Assembly (NCBI GenBank): GCA_943841495.1
Contig: CALSYL010000003.1
Coordinates: forward strand, 283,294 to 347,293
DNA from: an uncultured bacterium
GTDB lineage: Bacteria; Fidelibacterota; Marinisomatia; Marinisomatales; Marinisomataceae
Length of the DNA: 64,000 nt
Direction of reading: 5' to 3'
Shown in pieces: positions 40,575 to 50,265 of the stretch (position 1 is its first letter; each line of letters opens with the position of its first letter). Made by a program: the position numbers and the translations under genes. The notes below the pieces were generated by a model. It had not been told where the DNA came from and did no database searches. It saw nothing but the letters and a program-made list of their open reading frames with translations.

Positions 40575-41625
40575 CTTTAGAGCTAAATTACTTTCTTTAA
40601 AATTTAGAGCTATAAGACGATTTGTAATTATAATTTTAGCAAAAATACCTAAAGATTTGGAGAGAGCTATAATTTTTGGGGATACGTTAAATCACTTTCT
40701 AATGATTACTCCATTGAAATATTTTTTTAAATTCAATATTCCTTCAAACATAAAAACCAATCTTTATGATTTGACTTTTGCATCCCCTTTAATTTCAGCA
40801 TCATTCAAGGATGACGTTAGTTCGTTGCTCCAGTGGCAATTATTAGGTATAGGCGGTATAACTTACAAAACAGTACTAAAAAGCCCCTCAGAGGGCAATT
40901 TGAGGCCTAGAATACAAGAAATAAATTATGAAGGAGAATATGGAATACTAAATTCTTTAGGTCTTCCAAATAAAGGAGTAGAAAAATTTAAGTTATCTAT
41001 TCCAAACAAAAAGTTAATGCATTTCAATCGTCCAATAGGAATTAGTATTGGAGGGAATTCAGATAAAGAATATTTTGAAGTCTTTAGCACAATTGAGAGT
41101 TATTTAGATACTATTGATTTTAATCAATTCTTTTACGAGATAAATATTAGTTGTCCAAATACTGAAGATGGAAAATGCTTAAGTGACGATTTAGACAGTT
41201 TAAAAACATTGCTAAAAAGATTTAGAGACCTTTCTTCAAGGGTAATTTTTGTTAAAGTTTCTCCTGATAGTACTGAGGAAAATATTTGTACGATATGTGA
41301 TATCTTGTCTGACATTGAAAAGACTGCTATAAACATTGGAAATTCAAAGTATATAACAGCAAAAAATGCTGGGTTGTCCAAAAAAGCTTTTACAAAAGAA
41401 GGTGGAGGTTTAAGCGGAAAATATCTCTATAAAAATACATTGCAAATGGTTCGATTAATTTCTTCAAAATATTCTATTCCAATTATTGCTACTGGCGGAG
41501 TTTGTTCTTATAGGCAAGTAAAAGAGCTTTTAGAAAATGGTGCTACATTAACAGGAATGGCAACATTACTTGTAACAGATCCACTGTTAGTTCCTCAAAT
41601 AAATCAAAGGCTCTCAAATGAATAA
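40564..41625 (+). CDS. dihydroorotate dehydrogenase family protein
   Basis: NSLGLPNKGVEKF, EINISCPNT, FVKVSPD, IIATGGV motifs of the DHOD TIM barrel; N-terminal hydrophobic extension. Confidence 0.7.
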   Translation: MFSSFRAKLLSLKFRAIRRFVIIILAKIPKDLERAIIFGDTLNHFLMITPLKYFFKFNIPSNIKTNLYDLTFASPLISASFKDDVSSLLQWQLLGIGGITYKTVLKSPSEGNLRPRIQEINYEGEYGILNSLGLPNKGVEKFKLSIPNKKLMHFNRPIGISIGGNSDKEYFEVFSTIESYLDTIDFNQFFYEINISCPNTEDGKCLSDDLDSLKTLLKRFRDLSSRVIFVKVSPDSTEENICTICDILSDIEKTAINIGNSKYITAKNAGLSKKAFTKEGGGLSGKYLYKNTLQMVRLISSKYSIPIIATGGVCSYRQVKELLENGATLTGMATLLVTDPLLVPQINQRLSNE

Positions 41626-42061
41626 AAAAATTCTCTTAATAATCACTTTTCTTTTTATATCCTGCGGTTCAAGTATAGCATATGGAGATTATGTGAATAC
41701 AGCAGGTATGTCTAGAAAGCAAATTGAATCAATAAAGAATCATCCTAAAACCCAAATAGGTATTGCTTCCTATTATGGTAAGAAGTTTCACAAAAAAAGA
41801 ACAGCTAATGGTGAAATTTTTAATATGTATAAAGTAAGTGCAGCGCATAAGTCGTATCCTCTTGGTACAAAAGTAAGAGTCACAAATCTTGAAAATGGCA
41901 AATCACTCAAGTTGATTATTAATGACAGAGGACCATTTGTTAGTGGAAGAATAATTGATTTATCATATAAAGCTGCAAGAAAATTAGACTTTGTAAATCA
42001 GGGTACAGTCAAGGTTAGGATTGACGTCTTAAGGCTTGGCGATAACAAGTATTATAAATGA
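41618..42061 (+). CDS. rlpA: septal ring lytic transglycosylase RlpA-like lipoprotein
   Basis: Lipobox LFISCG; DPBB domain GIASYYGKKFHKKRTANGEIF...INDRGPFVSGRIIDLS. Confidence 0.85.
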   Translation: MNKKILLIITFLFISCGSSIAYGDYVNTAGMSRKQIESIKNHPKTQIGIASYYGKKFHKKRTANGEIFNMYKVSAAHKSYPLGTKVRVTNLENGKSLKLIINDRGPFVSGRIIDLSYKAARKLDFVNQGTVKVRIDVLRLGDNKYYK

Positions 42062-42948
42062 AAAAAGTTTGCTGTATAGTAAATCCTGTAAGCGGTTTAA
42101 AGAAATCACTTAAAGTATTTTATGAAGCTAAAAAAACTCTTGAGAATTCTCATTTTGAAGTCACATTATTTGTTTCAAAATATCCAAATCACATTAAAGA
42201 ATTCGCCTCAGAAATAGAAATAAATTCTTTTGATAGGATTATTATTTTTGGCGGTGACGGTACTATTAATGAAGTAGTTAACGGGCTATACTATGCTAAT
42301 AAATTACATTTTTTTGATATCGGAATTATACCTACTGGATCTGGAAATTCAGTTGCTCATGATATAAATGCTTTGGACATAGATGATGCAATTAGAAAAT
42401 GCATTGGAAATAATATTGCAAAAATGGATGTTAATGAGGTTGAATTTGATAATTTTTCTCAATTAAGCATTAGTGTTTTAGGGTGGGGAATGTTTTCATT
42501 TGGAAATATAAGAGCTGAAAAATTAAGATTTTTAGGGCCAATAAGATATGATGTTGCCTCAATAGTTACTCTTATAGAGAAAAAAATGCATACTGCTGAC
42601 ATTACAATTGACGGGGTAAGAAATTCTTTAACATGTGCTTTTATAGTTGGATGTAATAGTATTTATACTGGGAAAGGTATGATGGTTGCTCCTAAAGGAG
42701 GATTTTTTGACAAAAAAATTGAACTGGTAACTGTAAAAAATAACGTCACTAGATTACAAATTGCTGATGTTTTTAAAAGAGTTTATGATGGGACACATAT
42801 TGAATTACCATTTGTGGAAACCATTCAAGTTGAAAATTTTTCTATAAACCCTTCAAATGTTAGTGTTTACAATATTGATGGAGATATTGTTAAGAGTAAA
42901 AATGCTTTTGTTAGAGTTGTTCCTGAAGCAATTAATCTTTTGATATAA
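42058..42948 (+). CDS. diacylglycerol-kinase-family lipid kinase (YegS-like)
   Basis: IIIFGGDGTINEVVNG and IPTGSGN motifs. Confidence 0.8.
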   Translation: MKKVCCIVNPVSGLKKSLKVFYEAKKTLENSHFEVTLFVSKYPNHIKEFASEIEINSFDRIIIFGGDGTINEVVNGLYYANKLHFFDIGIIPTGSGNSVAHDINALDIDDAIRKCIGNNIAKMDVNEVEFDNFSQLSISVLGWGMFSFGNIRAEKLRFLGPIRYDVASIVTLIEKKMHTADITIDGVRNSLTCAFIVGCNSIYTGKGMMVAPKGGFFDKKIELVTVKNNVTRLQIADVFKRVYDGTHIELPFVETIQVENFSINPSNVSVYNIDGDIVKSKNAFVRVVPEAINLLI

Positions 42949-42971
42949 ATAAATAATTCCTATTTTGATAA

Positions 42972-43637
42972 ATGACATCACTTCAATCAAGAATTTTAAT
43001 AGGTTTAATTGGTTTTCCCTCCGTTATTTATATCATTTTTAATCATATTATTATATTTAATCTTTTAGTTGCTGTTTGTTTTATTTTAGCCTTCAACGAA
43101 TACCTTAAAGTTGTGAAAGGGTATAGCCAAAGCTTTTTTTGGAAAATTTTTGGAGTAATATACATATTTGGAAGTCTTGCTTCTCTTATATATTTAAGAA
43201 ATATTGACTCAATTATAGGGTCTCCATTCACATTTCTTTTGTTTGCAGGAGTGATGATAAATGATTCCATGGCTTTTATTGTAGGTAAATTAGTTGGAGG
43301 GCCAAAAATTTTACCAAAAATATCTCCAAAAAAAACATATTCAGGTTTATTTGGAGGCTTAATTGGTTCTATTGTTTTTATATACTTAGCAGATAATTAT
43401 TTTTTAAATAGTTTTGATAATTTTTCTTTGAATTTTAGAGATAAAATTTTTCTGGTTTTTGTTTTTAATGTCGTTGGATTTATTGGTGATGGCTTTGAAT
43501 CTTTTCTCAAAAGAAAAGCCAATATTAAAGATTCATCAAGTCTTCTTTTGGGACATGGAGGAATGCTTGACAGGTTAGACTCTTTAATATTGACAACACC
43601 GGTAACAATGTTTTATGTTATTGCGTATTATTTATGA
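42972..43637 (+). CDS. cdsA: phosphatidate cytidylyltransferase
   Basis: SFLKRKANIKDSSSLLLGHGGMLDRLDS; polytopic. Confidence 0.85.
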   Translation: MTSLQSRILIGLIGFPSVIYIIFNHIIIFNLLVAVCFILAFNEYLKVVKGYSQSFFWKIFGVIYIFGSLASLIYLRNIDSIIGSPFTFLLFAGVMINDSMAFIVGKLVGGPKILPKISPKKTYSGLFGGLIGSIVFIYLADNYFLNSFDNFSLNFRDKIFLVFVFNVVGFIGDGFESFLKRKANIKDSSSLLLGHGGMLDRLDSLILTTPVTMFYVIAYYL

Positions 43638-45460
43638 GCAAGAAAATCAAATCAATTTTAGCTACTGATTGCGGTAGTACTACCACAAAAGCTATTCTTA
43701 TAGAATGGAAAGAAGACAGATATAAATTAACATTTAGAGGTGAGGCTCCAACTACAGTAGAAGCACCCTTTGAAGATGTTACTAAAGGCGTTTTGAATGC
43801 TGTTATGGAAGTAGAAGAACTTTCTGGAAGAACTATTCTTGATGGAGATAAAATTATTACTCCCGATAATGGATCTTCAGGTGTAGACATTTATGTATCA
43901 ACCAGTTCAGCTGGCGGAGGCCTACAAATGATGGTTGCTGGTGTTGTGAAGTCCATGTCTGGAGAAAGCGCAGAAAGAGCAGCGTTGGGAGCAGGATCTA
44001 TTGTTATGGATGTGTTAGCTTCAAATGATGGAAGACTTCCTCACGAAAAGATAACCAGAATTAGACAATTACGTCCTGATATGATTTTATTATCTGGAGG
44101 TACAGATGGAGGAACTACTACTCATGTTATGGAGTTAGCTGAAATTTTAGCTGCAGCAAATCCTCGACCAAGATTAGGACAAAATTATAAGCTGCCTGTT
44201 ATATACGCTGGAAATAATAAGGCACAAGAATCCATTAGAAAAACACTTGGCGAAATTTCAGATTTAGATATTGTTGACAATATTCGTCCAGTATTAGAAC
44301 AAGAAAATCTTGAGCCATCTAGAGATAAGATTCATGATTTATTTATGGAACACGTCATGGCGCAAGCTCCAGGATATAAAAAATTAATGTCTTGGACTGA
44401 CGCTCCAATTATGCCTACGCCAGGAGCTGTAGGGTCATTAATTGAAATGATTGCTAAAAAAGAAAATATTTCTGTGGTTGGAGTTGATATTGGAGGTGCT
44501 ACTACAGATATTTTTTCAGTTTTTGAAGGAAAATTTAACAGAACAGTTAGCGCTAATTTAGGAATGAGTTATTCAATTTGTAATGTGCTTGCTGAATCAG
44601 GTTTAGATAATGTTTTAAGATGGGTCCCTTTTGATATTGATAGAAGCGAACTAACCAATAGAATTGGTAATAAAATGATACGACCAACCACAGTACCTCA
44701 ATCGCTGGAAGAGCTTGTTATTGAGCAAGCAATTGCTAGAGAAGCCTTGAGGTTGTCTTTCATTCAACATAAAGAGTTTGCAACAAGCTTAAAGGGTGTT
44801 CAGTCTGAAAGAACAATTTCAGATGCATTTGAACAATCTTCTAGCGGCCAATCTCTAGTTAATATGATGGAATTAGATCTTCTTGTTGGTTCTGGAGGAG
44901 TTCTTTCTCATGCGCCTAGAAGACAGCAATCTGCAAGGATGTTGATTGATTCTTTTATGCCAGAAGGTATTACGCAACTAGCTGTTGATTCTATTTTTAT
45001 GATGCCACAACTAGGAGTGTTGGCTAATATTGATAAGGATGAATTGAAAGATGATGCTAGTCAAGCAGCACTTGAGGTGTTTGATAACGATTGTTTGATT
45101 CGATTAGGAACTTGTATCACTCCAGTTGGAAGCGCTAAGCCAAATTCTAAAATGGCTGATGTAACTTTAACCTTCAATGATGGAACTGTTAAGGATATTG
45201 AGATCAATGAAGGAACATTAGAAATGATGGAATATCCTTATGAAGAAGTCAAAGTATCAATCAAACCAGCTAGAGGAATAGATGTAGGGGCAGGTAAAGG
45301 CGAAGCATTAGAGTCGGTAATTTATGGAGGAGTAGTAGGGTTAATTTTTGACGGAAGAAATCGTCCAATCACACTATCAAAAGAATCAAGCCAAAGAATT
45401 GACAGTTTACTAAGCTGGTCAAAAGCTGTAGATGAATATCCAAAAGGAGAAATGTTTTAA
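43634..45460 (+). CDS. GlmL/MutL-type actin-fold (ASKHA) ATPase, orphan
   Basis: DCGSTTTKAIL, LSGGTDGGT, VDIGGATTDIFS; 608 aa; ATGA overlap with cdsA; no mutase or lyase partner genes nearby. Confidence 0.7.
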   Translation: MSKKIKSILATDCGSTTTKAILIEWKEDRYKLTFRGEAPTTVEAPFEDVTKGVLNAVMEVEELSGRTILDGDKIITPDNGSSGVDIYVSTSSAGGGLQMMVAGVVKSMSGESAERAALGAGSIVMDVLASNDGRLPHEKITRIRQLRPDMILLSGGTDGGTTTHVMELAEILAAANPRPRLGQNYKLPVIYAGNNKAQESIRKTLGEISDLDIVDNIRPVLEQENLEPSRDKIHDLFMEHVMAQAPGYKKLMSWTDAPIMPTPGAVGSLIEMIAKKENISVVGVDIGGATTDIFSVFEGKFNRTVSANLGMSYSICNVLAESGLDNVLRWVPFDIDRSELTNRIGNKMIRPTTVPQSLEELVIEQAIAREALRLSFIQHKEFATSLKGVQSERTISDAFEQSSSGQSLVNMMELDLLVGSGGVLSHAPRRQQSARMLIDSFMPEGITQLAVDSIFMMPQLGVLANIDKDELKDDASQAALEVFDNDCLIRLGTCITPVGSAKPNSKMADVTLTFNDGTVKDIEINEGTLEMMEYPYEEVKVSIKPARGIDVGAGKGEALESVIYGGVVGLIFDGRNRPITLSKESSQRIDSLLSWSKAVDEYPKGEMF

Positions 45461-46587
45461 TGGCTCATTCATATACGCCAGGTCTTAAAGTTTTAAAGAA
45501 AACAATTTTTAAAAAAGAAAGAATTCTTCCTTTAAAGGGAGACGTTTTAGTTAAAAAGGGTGATATTTTAAATCCTGAAACTATTGTTGCCTCAACAAAT
45601 TTACCTGGTAATGTTCAAATGTTAAAAGTAAGTAACATTCTAAATATTGATCCAAAAGATGTCATTGAGGCATTAAAAGTTGAAGAAGGGCAAGCAATTA
45701 AAAAAGGTGACATTATTGCTGAAACAGCTGGCGTATTTGGAATGTTTAAGTCGTCTGTGGAAAGTCCTGTAGATGGAACTATTGAATCTGTGTCTCAAAG
45801 CACTGGAAGGGTTGTTCTTCGTGAAGCTCCTATACCAGTAGAAGTTGACGCATATGTTAGCGGTATTGTTGATGAGGTAGTAGAAAATGAAGGTATCATT
45901 CTTTCATCGAATGCTGCATTTATTCAGGGTATTTTTGGTATAGCTGGTGAAAAAAGAGGAGATTTAGTTTTAGTTTCCTCAAGTCCTTTTGAAGAATTAA
46001 CTGCAGAGCAAATCACTGCAGATATGAAAGGTAAAATTTTAATTGGTGGATCTTTTTTAAGTCTTGAAGCTTATAAAAAAGCGCTAAGTGTTAATGTAGC
46101 GGGTATTGTTGTCGGAGGTTTCAATTATTTCGACCTAAAAGCAGTTTTAGGATATGATCTTGGAGTCGCTATTACAGGAACAGAAAAACTTAACACGGCA
46201 TTAATTGTTACAGAGGGTTATGGATCAATTCCAATGAGTGAAGCTACATATTCATTATTGAAAGAGAATGTGGGTAAGGCAGCTTCAATAAATGGAGCTA
46301 CGCAGATCAGAGCTGGAGTTATTCGACCAGAAATAGTAATTCCAATTGATAGTGCTAATACTGATAGTGATAGTGAATCTAAAATGCCACAAGGAATTCA
46401 AGAAGGAAGTACAGTCAGGGTAATTCGTTCACCAAATTTTGGTAAAATTGGTACCGTAATTTCTTTGCCATCTGAACTTAATAAAATGGAATCTGAAACA
46501 ATGGTTAGAGTTGCTGAAATTAAAATCGATGAACAAAATTACTTAATTCCAAGAGCGAACTTGGAAATGGTAGAAACTGATGAATAA
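45460..46587 (+). CDS. hypothetical soluble protein (operon member B)
   Basis: 375 aa, no Cys; two barrel-sandwich-like segments (VKKGDILNPETIVAST; IKKGDIIAE...SPVDGTIESV) and a KOW/SH3-like C-terminus (GSTVRVIRSPNFGKIGTVISLP); TAATG junction with the ATPase gene. Confidence 0.4.
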   Translation: MAHSYTPGLKVLKKTIFKKERILPLKGDVLVKKGDILNPETIVASTNLPGNVQMLKVSNILNIDPKDVIEALKVEEGQAIKKGDIIAETAGVFGMFKSSVESPVDGTIESVSQSTGRVVLREAPIPVEVDAYVSGIVDEVVENEGIILSSNAAFIQGIFGIAGEKRGDLVLVSSSPFEELTAEQITADMKGKILIGGSFLSLEAYKKALSVNVAGIVVGGFNYFDLKAVLGYDLGVAITGTEKLNTALIVTEGYGSIPMSEATYSLLKENVGKAASINGATQIRAGVIRPEIVIPIDSANTDSDSESKMPQGIQEGSTVRVIRSPNFGKIGTVISLPSELNKMESETMVRVAEIKIDEQNYLIPRANLEMVETDE

Positions 46588-46852
46588 ATCACTAAATATT
46601 GACGACAAAGTGTTTCTAACCAGAATGGCTGAAGAAGTTATTGCAAGAAGATTGACCACACCGTCAATCTTTTTTTTAGAAATGATGAAACCTTTAAATT
46701 TTGTTGGTAGTCAGGCAATGATTTTTTTTGGACCAATAATTAGTGCATTTGTCAAAACAGATGGTTATTATAAGGCTGCTGAGATTTTTGAGAATCATCA
46801 CAGCGTAGAATTTTTAATTCAAGAGATAGAAAGATTAGATAGAAATGAATAA
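46580..46852 (+). CDS. hypothetical small membrane-associated protein (operon member C)
   Basis: 90 aa, one hydrophobic segment PLNFVGSQAMIFFGPIISAFV; ATGAATAA overlap upstream and downstream. Confidence 0.4.
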   Translation: MNKSLNIDDKVFLTRMAEEVIARRLTTPSIFFLEMMKPLNFVGSQAMIFFGPIISAFVKTDGYYKAAEIFENHHSVEFLIQEIERLDRNE

Positions 46853-47720
46853 TAAATATCAAGTTTATGCAATGGGAATAGTGGGTATTTTACTATTTAC
46901 TTTAGCATTATCTTCTCTACCTGATTCTCTTAATTTTTTTAGAGAAGAAAAATCTGCAATGTTTGCTTTTACCTTAACTGTTATTATGATAATGTTATAT
47001 GAGGTTAAGCTTGCAAAAAATTCTTCTGAAAATACTTTTTTAAGAACCATTCCTGGTCTTAAGGCAGTTGAAGAAGCTGTTGGAAGATCTACGGAAATGG
47101 GAAGACCTATTTTATATGTTCCTGGCATTATGGATATGAATGAAGTTGAAACTGTTGCAGGTGTTGTTGTGCTTGGACATGTTGCTAATATGACTGCGCA
47201 ATATGAGACTGAGCTTGATGTTCCTGTTGCTAGAGCTATTGTAATGCAATCTGCTAGACAGGTCACAAAAGAAGCTTATATGACTCAAGGTAGACCTGAG
47301 ATGTATAATGAAGATATGGTTCACTATATTACTGATGATCAATTTGCATATGCTGCATCTGTCAATGGTATCATGCAAAGAGATGAACCGGCTGCTTGCC
47401 TATATATGGGTAAGTTTTATGCAGAATCTTTATTATTTGCCGAAACTGGTAACAGTATTGGTGCTATTCAAATTGCTGGGACTGGTTCACAAACTCAAAT
47501 TCCATTTTTTGTTACAGCATGTGACTATACATTAATGGGAGAAGAATTCTTTGCAGCTAGCGCATATTTGTCAGAGGAACCAGAATTAATAGCTGGAATT
47601 ACAGCTCAAGATATAATCAAAGTGTTGCTAATTGGATTTATTTTGCTGTCAATTGTTTCCAGAGCATTTTTTGATTTAGGTTTAACTAATTTTAATCTTA
47701 TAACCTGGTTGAATTTATAG
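46845..47720 (+). CDS. hypothetical membrane protein (operon member D)
   Basis: Two N-terminal TM and one C-terminal TM flanking a soluble domain of about 170 aa; not recognised. Confidence 0.4.
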   Translation: MNNKYQVYAMGIVGILLFTLALSSLPDSLNFFREEKSAMFAFTLTVIMIMLYEVKLAKNSSENTFLRTIPGLKAVEEAVGRSTEMGRPILYVPGIMDMNEVETVAGVVVLGHVANMTAQYETELDVPVARAIVMQSARQVTKEAYMTQGRPEMYNEDMVHYITDDQFAYAASVNGIMQRDEPAACLYMGKFYAESLLFAETGNSIGAIQIAGTGSQTQIPFFVTACDYTLMGEEFFAASAYLSEEPELIAGITAQDIIKVLLIGFILLSIVSRAFFDLGLTNFNLITWLNL

Positions 47721-47721
47721 C

Positions 47722-48621
47722 ATGTTATTAAAGAGATATATCCCTATTGGTATTGTAGCATTCTTTGGAGCGCTAACATTAAGTGCATGGTTTATCGATA
47801 ATGAAACTATTGAAACCTTTGCTAATGACGATGCAACTCAGTTTTTTGATATTATAGCTGCCTTTGCTGTGTTTTTAGGAGCTTTAAACTTATTAAAACT
47901 TCAATTTATTAAAGTGTTAAAACAGCAATCTGGTTGGCAATATAGCGCTATTGCAATTGCTTCATTCTTTTTTGCTTTCATCATTGGGTTTTTTATTAGG
48001 GGTGCATATTTTGTTGGAGAAGAGGTTTACTTCAGTCAAGGCGCTGCAGAAGAGGCGGTACTAGCTTTAGGTTCTACTGAACAGGTAGTTCCTGTAGATT
48101 GGGGAGCGCATGTTCAAACTGACGGAAGTTTATTTCAATGGATGTTTAAATATATTTTCTCACCACTTTCTGCAACTATGTTTGCTTTGTTAGCATTTTT
48201 TGTTGCATCAGCTTCTTTTAGAGCATTTAGAGCAAGAAATCTTGAAGCGTCTTTATTATTAGTTGCTGGGATTATTATTATGCTTGGAAGAGTTCCTGTT
48301 GGAAGCTTAATCTCTTCATGGGTAGTAATGTATATTATTGCCTTTTCAGTTGGTTTTGGTGTAAATGCGTACACTAGAAATCGTAATATGGCCCTTGGAT
48401 GGGTTTTAGGAAGTTTTGGTTTAATAACTGGATTAGGATTTACTATGGGCTGGCCAATTGATCAACCAGCTATTTTTTACTTACCTGCTCTTCAAGAATG
48501 GATTTATTTAGTCCCTAACTTGGCTGGATCTAGAGCAATTTTAATTGGTATTGGGCTTGGAATTGTCGCAACAAGTCTTAGATATATCTTTGGATTAGAA
48601 AAATCTTATTTAGGAGAATAA
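47722..48621 (+). CDS. hypothetical polytopic membrane protein (operon member E)
   Basis: About 7 hydrophobic helices; starts 1 nt after D. Confidence 0.4.
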   Translation: MLLKRYIPIGIVAFFGALTLSAWFIDNETIETFANDDATQFFDIIAAFAVFLGALNLLKLQFIKVLKQQSGWQYSAIAIASFFFAFIIGFFIRGAYFVGEEVYFSQGAAEEAVLALGSTEQVVPVDWGAHVQTDGSLFQWMFKYIFSPLSATMFALLAFFVASASFRAFRARNLEASLLLVAGIIIMLGRVPVGSLISSWVVMYIIAFSVGFGVNAYTRNRNMALGWVLGSFGLITGLGFTMGWPIDQPAIFYLPALQEWIYLVPNLAGSRAILIGIGLGIVATSLRYIFGLEKSYLGE

Positions 48622-49487
48622 TGAAGTTTTTAGAAGATATCATTTTAAAGCTAGGAGCTGTTGATAGAAGATTTATCTTCTTATTGATTGGCTTAGCTGT
48701 GCTTATACCATTATTGACACCTATAACTTTGCCAGTTAGAGAAACACCTACAACTGTTAAGTTCTATGAAGGAATAGATAATATTCCAAAAAATTCTAAA
48801 GTTTTAGTTTCTTTTGATTATGGGCCAAGCACTCGTCCAGAAATTCATCCAATGAATGTTGGAGTTATGAGACATATGCTTCGAAATGGACATAAAATTT
48901 ATATTTCATGTTTATGGCCAGATGGTATTTATATGGCTTTAGATGCGTTGGAAGAAATTACCGATTCAGTAAATCCTGATAATCAATCAACTTTCGATAT
49001 AAAAGAATATGAAGATTATATTTTGCTTGGTTATAGACCAGGCGCTGAAGCTGTTATTAAAGGTCTTGCAAGTGATTTACGAAAAGTCTATACAGTTGAT
49101 GCCAAGGGTAGATTTATTGATGACATTGAAATGATGGACGAAATCCAAAACTTAAATGATTTCGCCTATATTTACAGTGGTTCAGCAGGTTATCCAGGAA
49201 CATTTGAATGGGTAAAATATGGCGGCGATCCGACAGGAGTTCCTATGTCATCAGGAACAACTTCAGTTCAAGTAAATGAAGTAATTCCTTATGTACAGAC
49301 TGGACAGTTGATTGGGTTACTAGCAGGTATGCCTGGAGCAGCAGAGTATGAAAAATTAATTGCTTCTCCTGGAATTGCTATACAAGGAATGGCTGCACAA
49401 TCGTTTGCGCATATTGTTATTGTCATATTCATTGTTTTTGGAAATTTAGCATTTTTTATTAAGCAACGAAGAGATAGGAAGTATTAA
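48621..49487 (+). CDS. hypothetical bitopic membrane protein (operon member F)
   Basis: N-terminal TM FIFLLIGLAVLIPLL and C-terminal TM FAHIVIVIFIVFGNLAFFI flanking about 220 aa; TAATG junctions on both sides. Confidence 0.4.
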   Translation: MKFLEDIILKLGAVDRRFIFLLIGLAVLIPLLTPITLPVRETPTTVKFYEGIDNIPKNSKVLVSFDYGPSTRPEIHPMNVGVMRHMLRNGHKIYISCLWPDGIYMALDALEEITDSVNPDNQSTFDIKEYEDYILLGYRPGAEAVIKGLASDLRKVYTVDAKGRFIDDIEMMDEIQNLNDFAYIYSGSAGYPGTFEWVKYGGDPTGVPMSSGTTSVQVNEVIPYVQTGQLIGLLAGMPGAAEYEKLIASPGIAIQGMAAQSFAHIVIVIFIVFGNLAFFIKQRRDRKY

Positions 49488-50254
49488 TGACTTTTTCTGC
49501 AATTTTTGGAGCATGGATAGCGGCGTTTTTAACGTTGGGTATTTTTTCTTATTTATATAAGGACAACCCGTTCTATAAGATTGCTGAACATGTTTTTGTA
49601 GGGATTTCCGCAGCTTATGTGGCTGCGATAAGTTTTTGGACTCAAATTTATCCAAACCTCTTTGGAAGGCTTTTCCCTAAAGATGGTCCTTTCTCATTTA
49701 CCGGTTTAGAATTTGACTTTAATCATGAATTTAATATCCTGTATTTATTTCCTCTTATTTTAGGCTTAATGATGCTTTTAAGTGTGTTTCAGCAATTTAA
49801 TTGGATGGCTAGATGGGGAATTGCTTACACAGTTGCTATAGCTGCTGGATTGAAGGCTTTTGGATATTTAAACTCGAATGTTTTAAATCAGGTGAAGGCA
49901 AGCTCAGTAGATCTTTTTAGTGGTTCATTACCATTTTTTAGTCTTGGAGGAGATAGTGTTTTCAACAATATTGTCCTCTTGATCGGTACCATAAGTTCTT
50001 TGATGTATTTTTATTTTTCAAAAGAGCAAACTGGTAATTTTGGTAGATTTACTCGTCTAGGTATTTACTTTTTAATGGTAAGTTTTGGAGCTTCATTTGG
50101 GTTTGCAGTTATGGGAAGAATCTCTCTATTAATCGGAAGATTCAATGACTTGATTGAGTATTCATCTGTTGACTACAACTATGGAACTTTTTATGTATTA
50201 TTATTTATTATTATTGTTTTAGGTTTTTGGTCCTTCAAAAACCGTGAAAAATAG
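49487..50254 (+). CDS. hypothetical polytopic membrane protein (operon member G)
   Basis: About 6-7 hydrophobic helices; not recognised. Confidence 0.4.
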   Translation: MTFSAIFGAWIAAFLTLGIFSYLYKDNPFYKIAEHVFVGISAAYVAAISFWTQIYPNLFGRLFPKDGPFSFTGLEFDFNHEFNILYLFPLILGLMMLLSVFQQFNWMARWGIAYTVAIAAGLKAFGYLNSNVLNQVKASSVDLFSGSLPFFSLGGDSVFNNIVLLIGTISSLMYFYFSKEQTGNFGRFTRLGIYFLMVSFGASFGFAVMGRISLLIGRFNDLIEYSSVDYNYGTFYVLLFIIIVLGFWSFKNREK

Positions 50255-50265
50255 GAGTATCTTAA

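Noticed and set aside
43634-45460. GlmL as part of a glutamate mutase (methylaspartate) pathway
   Set aside because: No glmS/glmE-like B12 mutase, methylaspartase or other B12-enzyme genes are in the window. The coupled partners are unrecognisable membrane proteins.
46865-47535. Three listed ORFs inside operon member D (46865-47266 -, 47112-47378 -, 47308-47535 +)
   Set aside because: They are antisense or alternative-frame ORFs within a longer, better-supported + strand ORF that is start/stop-coupled to its neighbours.
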